Shown here in pieces: positions 39,041-52,933 of a stretch of DNA of 64,000 nt. The stretch covers positions 67,626 to 131,625 of the forward strand of contig NW_002060976.1 of the NCBI RefSeq assembly GCF_000150275.1, written 5' to 3'. Position 1 is the stretch's first letter. Every line of letters begins with the position of its first letter. Source of the stretch: Trichoplax adhaerens (Eukaryota > Animalia > Placozoa). A program made the position numbers and the translations under genes. Under the pieces are notes generated by a model. It made no database searches. It saw only the letters and a program-made list of their open reading frames with translations, and had not been told where the DNA came from.

Positions 39041-40718
39041 CAAAATTAATTTTCCAATTTAATGCTACATCTAGCCTGATTTGATTAAGCAACGATATTT
39101 GCTTTGCGGCATCTTTGGCGTTTAGCTTCAATTCTGATCTTAGCGATTGTAATTCGTCTAATCCGCTTCCCATTATGGCGTTGCAAAATATATAATAGTC
39201 GACGTCGTCAGTCCTATTGAGCATTTCCCATAATGCAATATTTCATTCACTTTTTAGTTGCAAGGCATCAATTTCTTTAATTTTTTGCGCTTAAAATTCC
39301 TTTCGAGTATAATTGTTGTTTTATTTTGTCATATGGATTACAGATTAAAAATTCTTGACGATAAAACTTTAATTTATTTTGCTGCACTTCACAAAATGGT
39401 AGAGGGCTTGATAAAATTTGCACCAGAAATAGAAAATAATCGATTAATGAGAGAATTTTTGAAATACAACTAGCGTACATGTTACAGATGAATCTTGTTT
39501 AGAACTAAATTATAGTTTTAAGATGTAATTGATACTGGTTATAAATTTAAATCTAGAAATATCCAAACGTTGTTAGCTGACGGTTACAGGGTTAAACTGG
39601 AGGTAGATTGCATTTTAAATAGAGCTGAGCTTCTACATTTACGTAATCGTTGAAATAGCAACGAACGTTAGATCAACTTGGCGACTACAGATTAATTTAA
39701 TTTTCTTTGCAGTACGGTAGCAAGTGCGGGGAGTTGGTGTCGGAATATTGCTCATTTTGTTGCAGTAAATATATCATGATCATTTGTTATCATAAAGTCT
39801 GGTAATTATATCAGCAACTTTACAAATACTTATAAGAAATTGTATCAGTACTGGCATTAAAAATTATCTTGAAGATGCCATAGAATCGAGAGGTAATTAC
39901 TCAAGAATAGAGCAACGATGTAGACATTTTATAGCCACGAATTAACCTTTAGAAAGTTAGTACAAACTGTAATTGCTTTTAGATGAAAAAATAGCACCAC
40001 GTAGATGTAAAAGATATATTTTTGTAATTAAAAACATCTTTGATTTTGCTGATATGCAGCTATTGCCTTTAGAAAATTTTCGAAAACAATGCGATTTATA
40101 CAGATTTACAGGATGTGTCTTTACGATCAAACTTAATTCAACGGATTTGTTTCTTTAATACAGTCAATAAGTCATTTTGCGAATACAAATATGTTCGCTT
40201 CAGAAAATGAACTCACCATCTTCATATGTTAACCATTTACGTGGCCTATCGTAGCCATCTTCAGAACTGGAATGATTTCTTTTTCTTTTATTGTCAAAAG
40301 TTGAAGATGGCGACGCAATAAGCGCATGGGAGCCAAGTTTCGAACTATTCCTGCAGTTAGAATCATCTACAGTAGATCGATATCCGCCTTCATCTCCTAA
40401 AGAAAAATAATATGAAATGATCACGATATTTAGATTTTAATGGTAGACATGGGTTGATACGATTTGAATGCACTTAAACGAAAAAAATACTCATGTATGT
40501 GATATAAACTTAGTATTCGCAATTCAGGTAAAGTGTACTAAAGTTGAAATGAAGAAGTTTCTAATACTACTAGTGCAAACTCCCGTCGCTTTGCTGACGG
40601 TTTACGATAATGTGCTCATTTAACAGATAGTATTACCATTTGATAGACCTGTCGGTTCAGGACTATTATCATTCAATTCCTTGGATTTCGCTATTACCAT
40701 TGGTGTTACATCTTTCAT
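39041..40718 (-). pseudogene. CARD-domain gene, apparently disabled; exons ~40718-40637, 40396-40217 and ~39406-39041
   Basis: Joined frames read KLKFYRQEFLICNPYDKIKQQLYSKGILS/AQKIKEIDALQLKSE*NIALWEMLNRTDDVDYYIFCNAI, which is a CARD-like pattern. There is a frameshift near 39288 and an in-frame TGA at 39245-39243. The two upstream exons splice in phase 1; their link to the CARD exon needs an unidentified intervening exon. Confidence 0.65.
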
Positions 40719-41675
40719 AATCACAGGCAAGTAAAAAGCTACTATTATTTTTAGTATAGTTATGGTAAACTGATAATAAATCTAATATAATATCAAAGCA
40801 TGCTTATTTTTCCTTAAAAGCAAATTGGGCAGCAAACTATGTATATATATATACACGGAAATTACCGTCAAAATTATTTTCGAAAGAATCATGTCCTTTT
40901 CCTGCTGTTTGAAAATTATACAAAGAAGTAATCAACTTAATCACAAACTAAATGATTAGTACGACAAAATTGGTTTACAATTTCAAAAACACTATGATGT
41001 TAATAGCTGGAGAATAGCCCTGCGTAGCTAAATATCGGAGTGTACATTGTAAATTGTCGATCAACTATTTAGTTATATTTAGCAAAGCGTTATTACTGAC
41101 TGACTGTAAACCGTACCGGTAATGCTTGGAGATACTGTACTTCGCTAGATTATCGATGTTCAAAAGTAGCAGAGTACTGATCTACAGTACTCTATATATC
41201 TATTAATGATAGAGATAAATATAGGCGACTAGTTCACATATTGACTAATTAATAAATAGTCACGGCAGTCTGTTGTACCGTAGGTAGAGAATAATAATAA
41301 TTGCAGAATTACAGTAGATGTTACCGAGACAGTAATTTCGCAGAAGTTTATATAGCTGATTATAGTAATTTAGTCTTAAAATTCTGGCTAGAATGGAATA
41401 TCACTGTGCAGGTTGTTGCTATAAAAAGTTTATGAGTTTACAATTTTAGATGATTTGGTAGTGCTTTCTAAGATTTTCTAGATATTATATTTTATTTATT
41501 ACTGCAAACTCAAAAATATGTCTGTGTACTGCCTCACTACTGAGTATCCTCAATCAATAGTTTTAAAACTCTTATTCGCACAGCATAGTGTACGAATTTG
41601 GCTAGTTTATGTTATACACGCGTAAAAAGTTTGTTTGATAATTATCGTGCAACTAACTCTTAACTCACTAAAAAG

Positions 41676-44600
41676 CTACAATGGTTCAGTACCTAAAATA
41701 TCGTCTAATTTCCAATCTTCTATTGTCGCAGGTGGAAAAGAATAAATACAGCTTGAGCACTTAATATATCTTTCTACAATCTGATTTGGACAAATGGTAA
41801 CTCCATGGCATTCGGGACACTTAATATAATAATCACACTTAGCATCCTGCCAGCCGGAAATTTGATTTTCGACTACATTCAGCAACGCACTTCTAAATTT
41901 GACATGAGGTTGATCTTCAAGGATTGATTTTAATGCTTTTGCTTTAAACCAATTGTGCCCATAGTCATGGTTATTATCGGATTGGTAATAGTACTGCAGA
42001 CCAATGTAAGAATTATTCTTTACAATAATTATTGTATAATTTCTATGTTCTGGTAAAAATTTGGCATAGTTTTGGTATATGACAACTTTCCATGGTAGCT
42101 GAATAGATGATAACAGCTTGTAAAAAATGCAATCAGTAATATAAGGTACTTTTTCTTGGCTGCAACTCAAATATAGCCAGCTAGAATAAGACAATTCGCT
42201 AGAAGAATTTTTTGATTCTGACTTGTAGGGTGACAGTAAATTAGGAATAAAGTAGTAATCATCATGTTTAGCCGAAATTTCATCTGAAATTCCTCGAAAC
42301 TGATAAATAATATTGCTTAGCTCCATGGCATGCAATACTTCGTTAATATCCGCGTTGCTCAGTTGATATTCGCTTGCTGCATATTTAATTGAAGCTTTGG
42401 ATACAATGCCAGCCTTACTTGCTAATTCATAATAGCTTCTATGCTCACCAGAATTCGGAAGAATTGCATTTTTATCCCCTAATGATAGAATTGCATCGAG
42501 GAATCTTATGAAAAAACTAAAATTGACTATTAGCGCGTCATGATAGTTCTTATTTGTAGGACAAAATAGCAGATCACCTATGCTGTGTAAGTATTTGAAT
42601 AAATTCCCAAATTTCATAACTCCAGAATTGTGAATATCAAACATTTCCGCCAAAGTCGCTTTGTGTTTAATAGGTTTGATTTGCACAGTGCCCATTTTTT
42701 TATCATCAATCTTTGACATACTGCGTAATACGGCTGATCCGATATCAATCAAACTAGTATTTGCGTTTGCATTTATCACAATGGAAGGTATTACTTGAAT
42801 AAAACCTGCAAGAAGGGTGCATAACTCCTTTAAATTATGGTCATTGTGAAGCGGTAGCGAACCGTTGTCATCATTAGCACTTGGAGACCATTCCATTACT
42901 AATTTTGGACAAAACAAATTTGCTCTATAAGAAGATAATCTTCGGTCTAATATCTTTATAAATTTATTCCGTCTTTCAAATTGCTCAATTTTATCTAGTT
43001 TATCGCCATGGTAGGTAGGAATTATTAGAATTAACGGTAAAGCAAATTTTTCACTTCGTCCGTCGAAATTAGCAGGAAAGCGCTTCAATTTATAAGTGGG
43101 TTCAATAACATTGATTATCCAGTCCTGTATAGATGTAATATATCTACTACCAGGATCGTTTAGATTGCTTTCAACCGCTTCACTTAGGTCGATATTGACA
43201 TCAAATGTTATTATATAGATGTTAGAGTGGAACTTGAAAGGCTGATAATAAATCGCGTCATGGAAATTCCATATTTTAGCATAAAAGCTAGTACCGTGTT
43301 CATTGGATCTAGTTTGTTGCAATAATTGACTTGAGTCTACCACCGTACTGCCATTCGAGTACCTGTTGCCGTTTGTTTTATTAGATCTATACGAAATATT
43401 TTTAACCGTTAATGGAGCACTGCTGGCATAGTGTGGTTGTATATTTGCAGCATCATCTGTAGTTTTACTTTGTCTTATGAGCTTATTTACATCAACAATG
43501 GCGGGATCAGGATTGGCATTACTGGTATGGGCTCGCCCAGTTAGTAATTTGAATATATAAGATTTGCCTTGACATTTCGATCCAATTAACATTATGTTAA
43601 CAAAACGGATACAACAGTCATTGTTCTCAAAATCATTTCCATGGGATGGCATAGTTATTTCTGGTAATTGGCGCAACCGTAGAAAGAATTTAAAAATAAT
43701 AATTAGAAAAATTGAATTGCTCATGATCTAAAATATCTTAGAGAACGTTCCAGATGTGATTATGATAGCAATCTGATAAATTAGTGAATGGAATTTAAGA
43801 AGAATTAGCAATTACCAATTTAAAACATCTGACAATGGTGCTACAGTTTAATATAGTAGACATCGATACAAAACTGCTTTAGAATATTATGCTATAATTG
43901 CTTGCTAATAAATTTATACCGTACAAAGCAGCAGTAGGAGTAAATTGCAGTGCCATTGATGTAATATTTGGGCACATAATTTGATAATTGAAACTGAGAA
44001 AATTACAGGACGATCTTCGGTGCTAAATAAAGGAATTACAACAGATTCTATCAAATGTACCGTATTAATTCCATAATTGGAGCGTACACTACTGATACTT
44101 TAAAATTAAAACGTTTACTAGACAAATGGTTTATAAATGCAAACTACTAAATGTTCAACGCTACATCACTTCAAGCTTACCAGAAGGCTATAAGACTAAT
44201 ACATAGACGATGCGATATTGTGGAAGTTATTTAAGCACATTCTTGCATGAGTATAATGGGATCTTGTATCATTTCTATTACTTATTTATTAACCAAGTTT
44301 TTACACGAAGTCTCTGAATCATATTACGGTAGTGAAAAACATCAAGGCATAAATTCTTATATTAACTCTAACTCGAATTGAGCATAACCTTCTTTGCCAT
44401 TAAAATCTTACCGATTTCAATTTCCTTCTGTATGGAGCTATTCTTATTCCTCTCTACCAAATCTAGCCAAATACAAATTTTACAATATTAGCAGATCAAT
44501 CGGGAAATTTTTTTAGATATCAATAGATTCCTCTTAGCAATTAAGCATAATAAGAATTTACTTAACTTTTTAATTGGAAGTTATGCTAATAAATAGATCA

Positions 44601-47072
44601 TATGATAGTAAATTTAGTTTGATCTTTAGGCTTAATTTGCAAATTAGCTTATCGTAATTATAATCCTGAAATCGATCGTATAGTAATAGATGAATGACTA
44701 AAGGCATCTCTATCTTCAATGATCTATCTACGATTTAACAGAACCTGAGACGTGATAGACCTTGGTGTTGTTGAATGAATTAGATATTAAGTAATAAAAT
44801 AAAATTTTTCCAAGTGATTCTAGTGTTGCTTTAATACCTTGAAGGAAATCTATCGCACCTTTATAATATCAATTGAAAGTATACTAATATTACTTCTATG
44901 TTTCATCTAATTAAGTATGGTGATACTAATTTTACTTAATTTAGTGGTATAGTTGCATTTCAGAAGCATTCTGATATGGTATCAATCAAATGCTTACTCA
45001 GGTGTATTTTATACCATCGGGGTAAATTTTTCATGTAAATTAACTGACTTTTCCAACTACCATTAACCATTTAGTCTAGCAATAATCTGTATTTCTGTGA
45101 TCAATTAAAGACGATTACATTAAACAGTAATCTTTATTCCAGTACCTGGTGATGAAAGTATTAACTCGGGTGGACTTTTGTGATAATTTGTGCCAATTTT
45201 AGTCCTGAAGAAATGTTCCAATGTGCTGTAAACTTTTTCTTCTAACTTTTTTAAATCTCCATTATTTTTTGTATTTGGAGTATCATTTTCTTTTATTGCT
45301 TTCTCATAATTCCATAATGCACGGACATAGTCCGTGGGTAGCTCATGGATTTCATTGATAAGAATATAAATTTTAGCTTTATTGGCGGGTGTTTTTGTTG
45401 CATTCAAATACTTTAAGTAGAATTGTTTAGCTTCACGATAACGCTTTAGTAGTTCTAAGATTGACCCAAAATCTTTAAGTAGACCAAAATTAATGATACT
45501 TTCATGCATAATCAGGTTTTCGATTATTTCTTTAGCTTTATAATAATAATTATAAGCATTTTGAAAATCCTTGAGTAAAAGGTAAATTTTTCCAATTTCA
45601 TAGTTTGACTTAAAATGGCCTAAACTTATTTTATATTTTTGTTTCTGCCGAATATTCAGTGACTTGATATGCAGCCTTAATGCTTCATTAAAGTTTTGGC
45701 AATGCTTATTTAGGTTTCCTTCTTGGTAGTACCTTTCAATATTGACCTCTTCATCATCTAAGAATTTTTTTCTAATTGCTGTAGATGCCCCTAGTTGTTG
45801 TCTAGCTGCCTCAAAATTGCCCTGTAACATATATACTTTTGCAATGCTATCGAAAATTTCTGTAATTAGCCTATCTTTATCACTGAAATCACCATGTAAA
45901 ATTTCTTTTGCTTTATTATAATAATTTAATGCGATATCCATTTCATTCCTCGTAAAATGGAATTTTCCAATCCCTAGCAAAGATTTACTCTGTTCGATCG
46001 TATGCTTATAGCTAAATTTTTCTTGAGAGAAACTTTTTCTAGCTTCATCATAGTAATATCGAGAGGAATCATAATCACATTTTTTAAAATATATTTCTCC
46101 CAAAATGTTGTTTAACTTCACCTTCAATATTTTGCTGCTTGTATTTGTTACATTCTTGAAATACAATAATTTTTTATAGTAGTCTTTAGCGTTATCTAAA
46201 CGATCAGATTCAAAATAAACTTTAGATAAGTATTCAATTGAAGCAACTCTACGCCAGTTGTTGGAATGAAACAATTTACGTTTCAAATGTTCGGACTTTG
46301 AATAATATTTTATTGCTTGCACGTAGTCACTCCATAAATAAAAGATAGTACCAATCGTGTCGTTCAGCAACGCCGTTTTTTCAGTATTACTGGTATTTAT
46401 ATGTTTCTTTTTAGAATACTCTAGCGTTTCTATAACGGCATTTAATGCAGCTTTGTATTGCTTTTGTCCATCACCGAGTAGCCTGTAACACTCAGAACGT
46501 GATAAAGGTTTATCCTTACTATCCCAATAGCTTTTTAGTTGAACTTTTAACGAATTTATGAGAGCGCTTTCAGCTTCATCCAGTTTATGCTGCCTAATAT
46601 ATAAGTCAGCCATATCGTTCAGGATTTTAGCCTTCAATAGACTTGAGTTTGCTTGATCTAGGGATGTCATTGCCTTTTCGAAATTGAACAAACTTTCTTC
46701 ATACTGTTCTTGCTCCATGAAAATTTTGCCCAGTATATGGTGAGATTCAGCAATTTGTTCGATTGTGTCTCTTCCTGTAGCTTTTAATAGAGCTCTATTA
46801 CAATATTGCATAGCTCCTTCAAAATTGAGCTGCTGATATTTAGACTTTGCCAGGCCCATATATATCTTCCATTTGTTGAGGATAAATTCGTTATCATCGC
46901 CCTCATTGGAAGACTTATTAATAATTTTGTACGCCTCTGTATATTTAGAGAAAGCTTCAGTATACTTTCCTTGATCAAAAAAAGTATTTCCTTCCAGAAG
47001 GAAAGATTTCCAGTCTCTATCATGCGGTGTGAAAGTATTCTCTACAACGGATTTATTTTGCAAGAATTCCAT
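41676..47072 (-). CDS. TPR-ROC-COR (Roco-like) protein of about 1303 aa; exons 47072-45146 and 43660-41676
   Basis: The 650-aa TPR ORF has a donor CCAG|GTACTG at 45146/45145, and the 682-aa ORF has a pyrimidine-rich acceptor TTACCAG|AA at 43661/43660. Both are phase 1. The second exon has a P-loop IMLIGSKCQGKS, ROC-like KIWNF, NIYIITFD and TYHGDKL, COR-like YLHSIGDLLF and YYFIPNLL, and C-terminal CPEC...CSSC. Confidence 0.75.
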
Positions 47073-50059
47073 TTCAATAATGATATTATTAGCAACTTGT
47101 TAAATGGTCGGTCGTAGATAACAAATAGTTTCGGCAAGTTTGCTTCACACAATATTAGTGACCTTGCTTATATAGATTTTGAATGATCTTCAATATTGAC
47201 TTTTAATTAATATTACGCTATTGAAATGGCAATGTACTCAATTAACTGTTGAGATTCAAAATTATTTCAATAGAATAGATAAGCATTAGTAGCTTAGCAA
47301 CGCAACCTTAGGCTTCCTGCTATTCGCCTTATAACCGATAGAAAGTATTATTTACATGAATTATCATCCTAAAACTTCTCCGCTTTTATTTACATTAATA
47401 ATTCAATAGACCAAGCACACCAATTTGTTTAATTATTTACATTATTTACAAGCACTCTATGCGACAGTATCGATTCTTGTAACCACTAGTACACGCCTAC
47501 CCGTTTCCGCTTTATTGTAGCTGCATCAAACCTTTCGCAAATCATGATTTCATAAAGGCTGTTGATGATATTATCAAATGTTGTAATGACTGCTACCTTT
47601 TCAACTGTCTATTTCTTTTAAAAAATTTTAATCAAAAAGTTACGATTAGAGTATCTCCAAATATCACAACTAGCTCGGCAGGTCTAGATATTTGCTGATC
47701 CTTACACGTTATAGGCAAACTTCGAAGTAGACGTGGAATAAGGAATCTTACAAGAAGAAACGGCCTGTGTATCAAGGATTGTTAAGGAAGAGCGTATAAT
47801 AAATACGTGGATAAACATATTTAAAAAGTACACAATACAGGAGTAACTCGTTTTGGAGAAAAGCCTGTAATAAAGGTTGATTTTTAGAATTCTCTTTCAA
47901 GTTTTCATTTTTTAAAACGCATTACACGTAGCTTTTAAAAGTAGTTTAATTTGGTTTAATTATATTAGAACTTTTCTTAGTGTCCTAGCATATTGTATAT
48001 TCGACTATTTAATGTAGGTTAAAATTTGGCAACATTTTGTAACATAATTTTGTTAAGAATTATACAAGTGAGATTATAAAAGAAGTAGTATATTTAGCTA
48101 GTATAGTATTCATGCTGTAATTCTGATAAACTGGCAACTCATTTTGGATATAAAACGCTTAGAAGTTACGTTCCTTGTGATAAATTACTGTGTGAATCCG
48201 ATAGTTTTGGTCTAGGTTCTAATTTAAGCATGTTGGTCTGTCTTAGTGTTTTTTATAGTTGTATGCCATACTGTATACCGTAGAAGCATACAATTTGTAG
48301 TAAAGCTATGATCATTATTAAATGTGTAATATTGGGCAGGGGAGGGAAGGAATTCAGGAATCCAGGGCATAATTTATGTAATCAAATGTGCTTAATTGCT
48401 AATTTTTCAGAATACCATAGGTGATAATTTGATAGTCTGGTACCAGCAACTGTTCTATACAGTACGTAAAAGGTGGCACACGTTAGTTTAGTAATTAAGT
48501 GAAATCTAGAAAGTGGAGTAGGCGATCAAGATTAAGATTTTCCTGAAATGTTAATCTTTTAAAGAAATTTCGTGAAAAATGTTATCACAAATAATAAACT
48601 GATGCTTTTCCGAACTATGATTTGTGTTGTGCTTTAAAAGCTATTAGTTTCTAATAGTTTTTAAGTCCATCATTATAGCGAATCCATATTCTAGGCCCAC
48701 CTTCTAAGTACTACTGCTGTTTTCCATAGGTTATTTGAAACGAATAAACTCTTTTTATCTTTTACATTTGGAGTCAACTTATGGAAAGATTGTCGTTAGT
48801 GTTATGACAGGAGTGTTGACAGTCAGTGACCTCACTTTCCACTGATGAATTCTAATACAGTTTGGCCCATTACCATTGCAGAGTATCGATATTGGCAAGG
48901 TTTATGTTTAACTACTGTTGAAGGCAGTTTCGGTGTTACATTTGTGTTTGTAATATCTCGGTGACATCATGGGTGAATTACTGAAACTTGAGGTTGCTAG
49001 CACTTATGCCAGCCAGATGATCCAGTTTATGCCCTAAATTACCTTTCAGATATTTTTATATTTTACCGGCATGAAAGCGGTGTTGAAGGTATTTTCGCGT
49101 GCATTATTCTGAATTCCAATAAATTTTACCTTTTTATATCAACTGAAGTTTCAAGAAAGATTCTATAACGGGTAATAAATTACTTTACATGGAGTATTAC
49201 CGTAATTAATCTATATTATAATCTTGTTTTAGCTGATTAACTTCTGAAAGATGTACTCTTTAACGATTGTAAAATCATCCTTATCTATAGTAATAATTTG
49301 TATGAATTTTATACATATTAGAAATAACTTTAAATGGGTTCATTTGAGATGTTAAGACTCCTTATAATCACTATGTATCAAGTTTCATATTACTTTAATA
49401 CTGAACAAAGCTTATGCTTGTTTAAAACTAAAACATGTTCCTGTATAACACGTTTTGACTTCGATGAATTTGTAAATATTGAAACGTGTATAAATTGTCA
49501 TTTATTTAATATTTAAATTTCCTTATTCATTTTTTATCTTACGGTGTGAAATAAAGTAATATTTAAATCTAAATCTAAAATGCATAAAGACTTTTCTCTG
49601 ATTTCACAATAGTATTAACATAATTATATTGGCACCTCTGTTAATTAAATTTTATTTATTGCTAGTCATTAGTATTGCATTTAGCAATTATCAACTTTCA
49701 CAACTACCAACCGATTTTCTTGTCGAAGTTTACTGGATTTAAATAGATATCGTCCATGCTTTGAGATAAATCCAGTAACATCAGCATGATTAACATGATG
49801 AAAGTGTAATAATTATAATTGATATTTCAGCAAATACTCATTCATAAAACGTTATAATAATGATTTGCTATACAATTTTTGATATATAATGCTGTAACCA
49901 CTTATTAATGCTTATGGCACTCTTTATAGGAATAGCAAATATTGCCTGATATGATTTTAGTAACATTGAGAAAAATGTGATCAAAATTTGACAATTAAAT
50001 TCTGAATGATTTCGAATAGATAAAATCGGCGTCTTCATACTTACTTTGGTCGACATACA

Positions 50060-50950
50060 TATTTCCTAGATCGTTTTATAACGTAGTAACATCGGGATGA
50101 TAATCGCTTAAGACTAACTATCTAATTTTAAGAGGCTTCTTATGCATAGCAATAGCTTCATTATGCTTTCCCTGATGTCCATAGACAGCTCCCATGTTGT
50201 TATATAAAGTAGCAACATTGAGATGATTAGCTAAGACCAAGAACCAACTGCTAAATTTTGAGTGATTTCTTATATGCTATTATATAATGTAGCAATTTCG
50301 GGATGATTATGATCAAGGACTACCTATCTAATTTTGAGCGACTTCTCCAACTTAGAAATTGCTTCTTCATACTTGCTATGATTCCGTTATAATCGTACAA
50401 CTTCCACGTTGTTGCACTCGTATAATGTGGCAAGATCAAGATGATCGTGATAAAGGTCTAACACTAGGATTTTAAGTAATTTCTGATACACAGAAATAGC
50501 CTCTTTATACTTGCCATGATCTAAATACACACTTATTAGATTGCTATATAATTTGGCAACATTGATATCATTATGGCAATCCAATTTTGAATGATTTTTT
50601 GTTCAAAGAAATAGCTTCTTCATGCTTACCCTGAGTATTATACACGGCCCCTATGCTGCTACTATATTATCGAACAGCATTACTAAGGTTGTAAACAAGA
50701 ACTGATAATCCAATTTTGAACGACTTCTCATACATACAAATAGCTATTCATGCTGGCTCTGACAATAATTCACTTGTCCTATTTCTTCATGTGAGTTACT
50801 ACAATCCGGATCTTCCTTACACAAGTACCTTAATTTATATTAATTGACTTGTTATAAATATTCAATGCCTCATTCCAATCCCATTGCACTCTTATAATGG
50901 CACTATATTTGTATAAACACTTGGCAATCGTCAATTCATCCTTCAGCTTT
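50060..50950 (-). pseudogene. Decayed TPR-repeat gene (kinesin light chain/nephrocystin-3-like repeats)
   Basis: Fragments such as NVAKLYSNLISVYLDHGKYKEAISVYQKLLKI..LYHDHLDLATLY and EAIAMHKKPLKIR..LSDYHPDV are broken by stops and frameshifts. Confidence 0.8.
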
Positions 50951-52933
50951 CACCTACTTTTAAAATAATAAGTAAGTTAATGTTGTCGTTATGGTCTAAA
51001 CCGATACTGGTAAGGTTTCGTCGAAAAATTAGTAAATCTTAGAGTATTAAGCAACTTGAGCTGTAGTAAGCTATTAATTCAACAGTACTAATCTTATCTG
51101 TGCTTTACAGTTATAATAATAGTAAAGAAAGTAAATAGTTTTACTGAAAATCTAAATTGAATAAGAGTTCTGTTAGGAAATCAGGAAATGTATTACTAAA
51201 TTACGCAGAAGTAAATTATTAATAAACATGAAATGATGACAATAGAGTTTTATACGCGTCATTTAAGCTAATACCCACCTATTAGGTATAATAATAATAA
51301 ACTACTACATGATTTGAAAAATATTATTCTGTGCTACAAATTTGTAATGACATAAACTTGGAACTACTACAGAAAAACTAACACTATGGGTCTATTTCAG
51401 GTCATCCTGCCTAAAAATCTACCTACTGTATGATATGACTCTGATACCGACGATCTCCCATCATTAATGCAAGAAAATATGATTGCGAAACATATTATAA
51501 AACTTTTAGAATGACAACAGAGATGGTAACTAATTTTTTTATTCCTTAAAGCTTACTAAATTGAAATGAGCAATTAACTGACAACTTCTTATCTAGTAAT
51601 TATATTGACTAATCATGGTAAAACCGCGATAATGTCTACGTTTAGCTTTGCTCATGATAAGTGATTGGAGATATTTAATCTGAAATCACTTTAATTATTT
51701 ATCTTAGACGAAATTCTTCCGTTTAGTGAAAACGGGAGCGTGTATTGATTTGACGTACTATCACGGAATTTTTGGAGATTAAATTCTGATATTAAGGTTA
51801 ATTACTAATTAGAATAATTTATTTGTGGAACGGTAGCTAAAGAATTTAGTTTATTGCTATAGTTGTTGTCACATATATTAGGCACACTCAATATCAAATG
51901 CGCACTTTGCTTTAGGTTACTGCATTAGATTTTAACTGAAATCAAATTTTCAATTGGAAATGTTGTGCACTGCAGTTATAATGATATGATCTGTGCTTCT
52001 GATGTACTGTCAAACTGTTATCTGTTATATCATAGATACTGTCAAACTGTTTGAAAGCATTATACAGTGTGTTAGCTAATAGTATTACTGAATTTACGTG
52101 ATCCATATGCTTCTTATAATTGATTAACAATTTAAGCTATAAGAAACGCTAGTGCAAATTTTTGAATAAAAAAACTATAACATATTAATTCAGTACTTCC
52201 TATGTAACTATGAAAAATTCGTGCATATCTATTGTGTAGTGTTCGCACAAAATCTTCTATTCCAGTTTCTAAACCGATACCATTTATCAATGTCTTGAGT
52301 CGATTTTATTAATAATAAGGTAGCAAAGCAGGTGGGACAAGATACAGTGTATGGTATTTATTAAGGTACAGGATAAGAGGCAGTTCCATGGAATAGGATA
52401 TACTGGCTGTAGGGGATAATTTAACAACAATACGGTGATTCTTGTGTTCGGACATATAAATAATTATTATATATATATATTAGTAAGGCTCATACTATTT
52501 CAGCTTCTTAGATAGTGCTATGACACAATAACCTATGATGAATCAGAGTATTTACGAATCTGAATGCATAATGGTCTGACTCTTGCAAATGACCTAAGTA
52601 GTAATTTATCCAATTTCTAGAATAAATACGGGGTATGATAAATAAATTAGATTTGCATAATTTTAAAGAAGGCAGTTAATCTATTATAAGATATGCTATC
52701 TTATTCGGAGGCTTATGTGCACTGTAGCGTAAGTGTAGCATAATATCTACTTCATTCTAATGCTTAAAACATTTAAATTTTATAAGGGTATCAATTAAGC
52801 TCGTATTTATAATCATAAAGGTGTATATATATTATTGTCTAACTGTAAATAATAGCTGAAGAGGATGAACAATAAAAACAAAAATTAATGGGCATCAATC
52901 TACGAAAAACTGGAAATGTGTACTTGGGAATGT

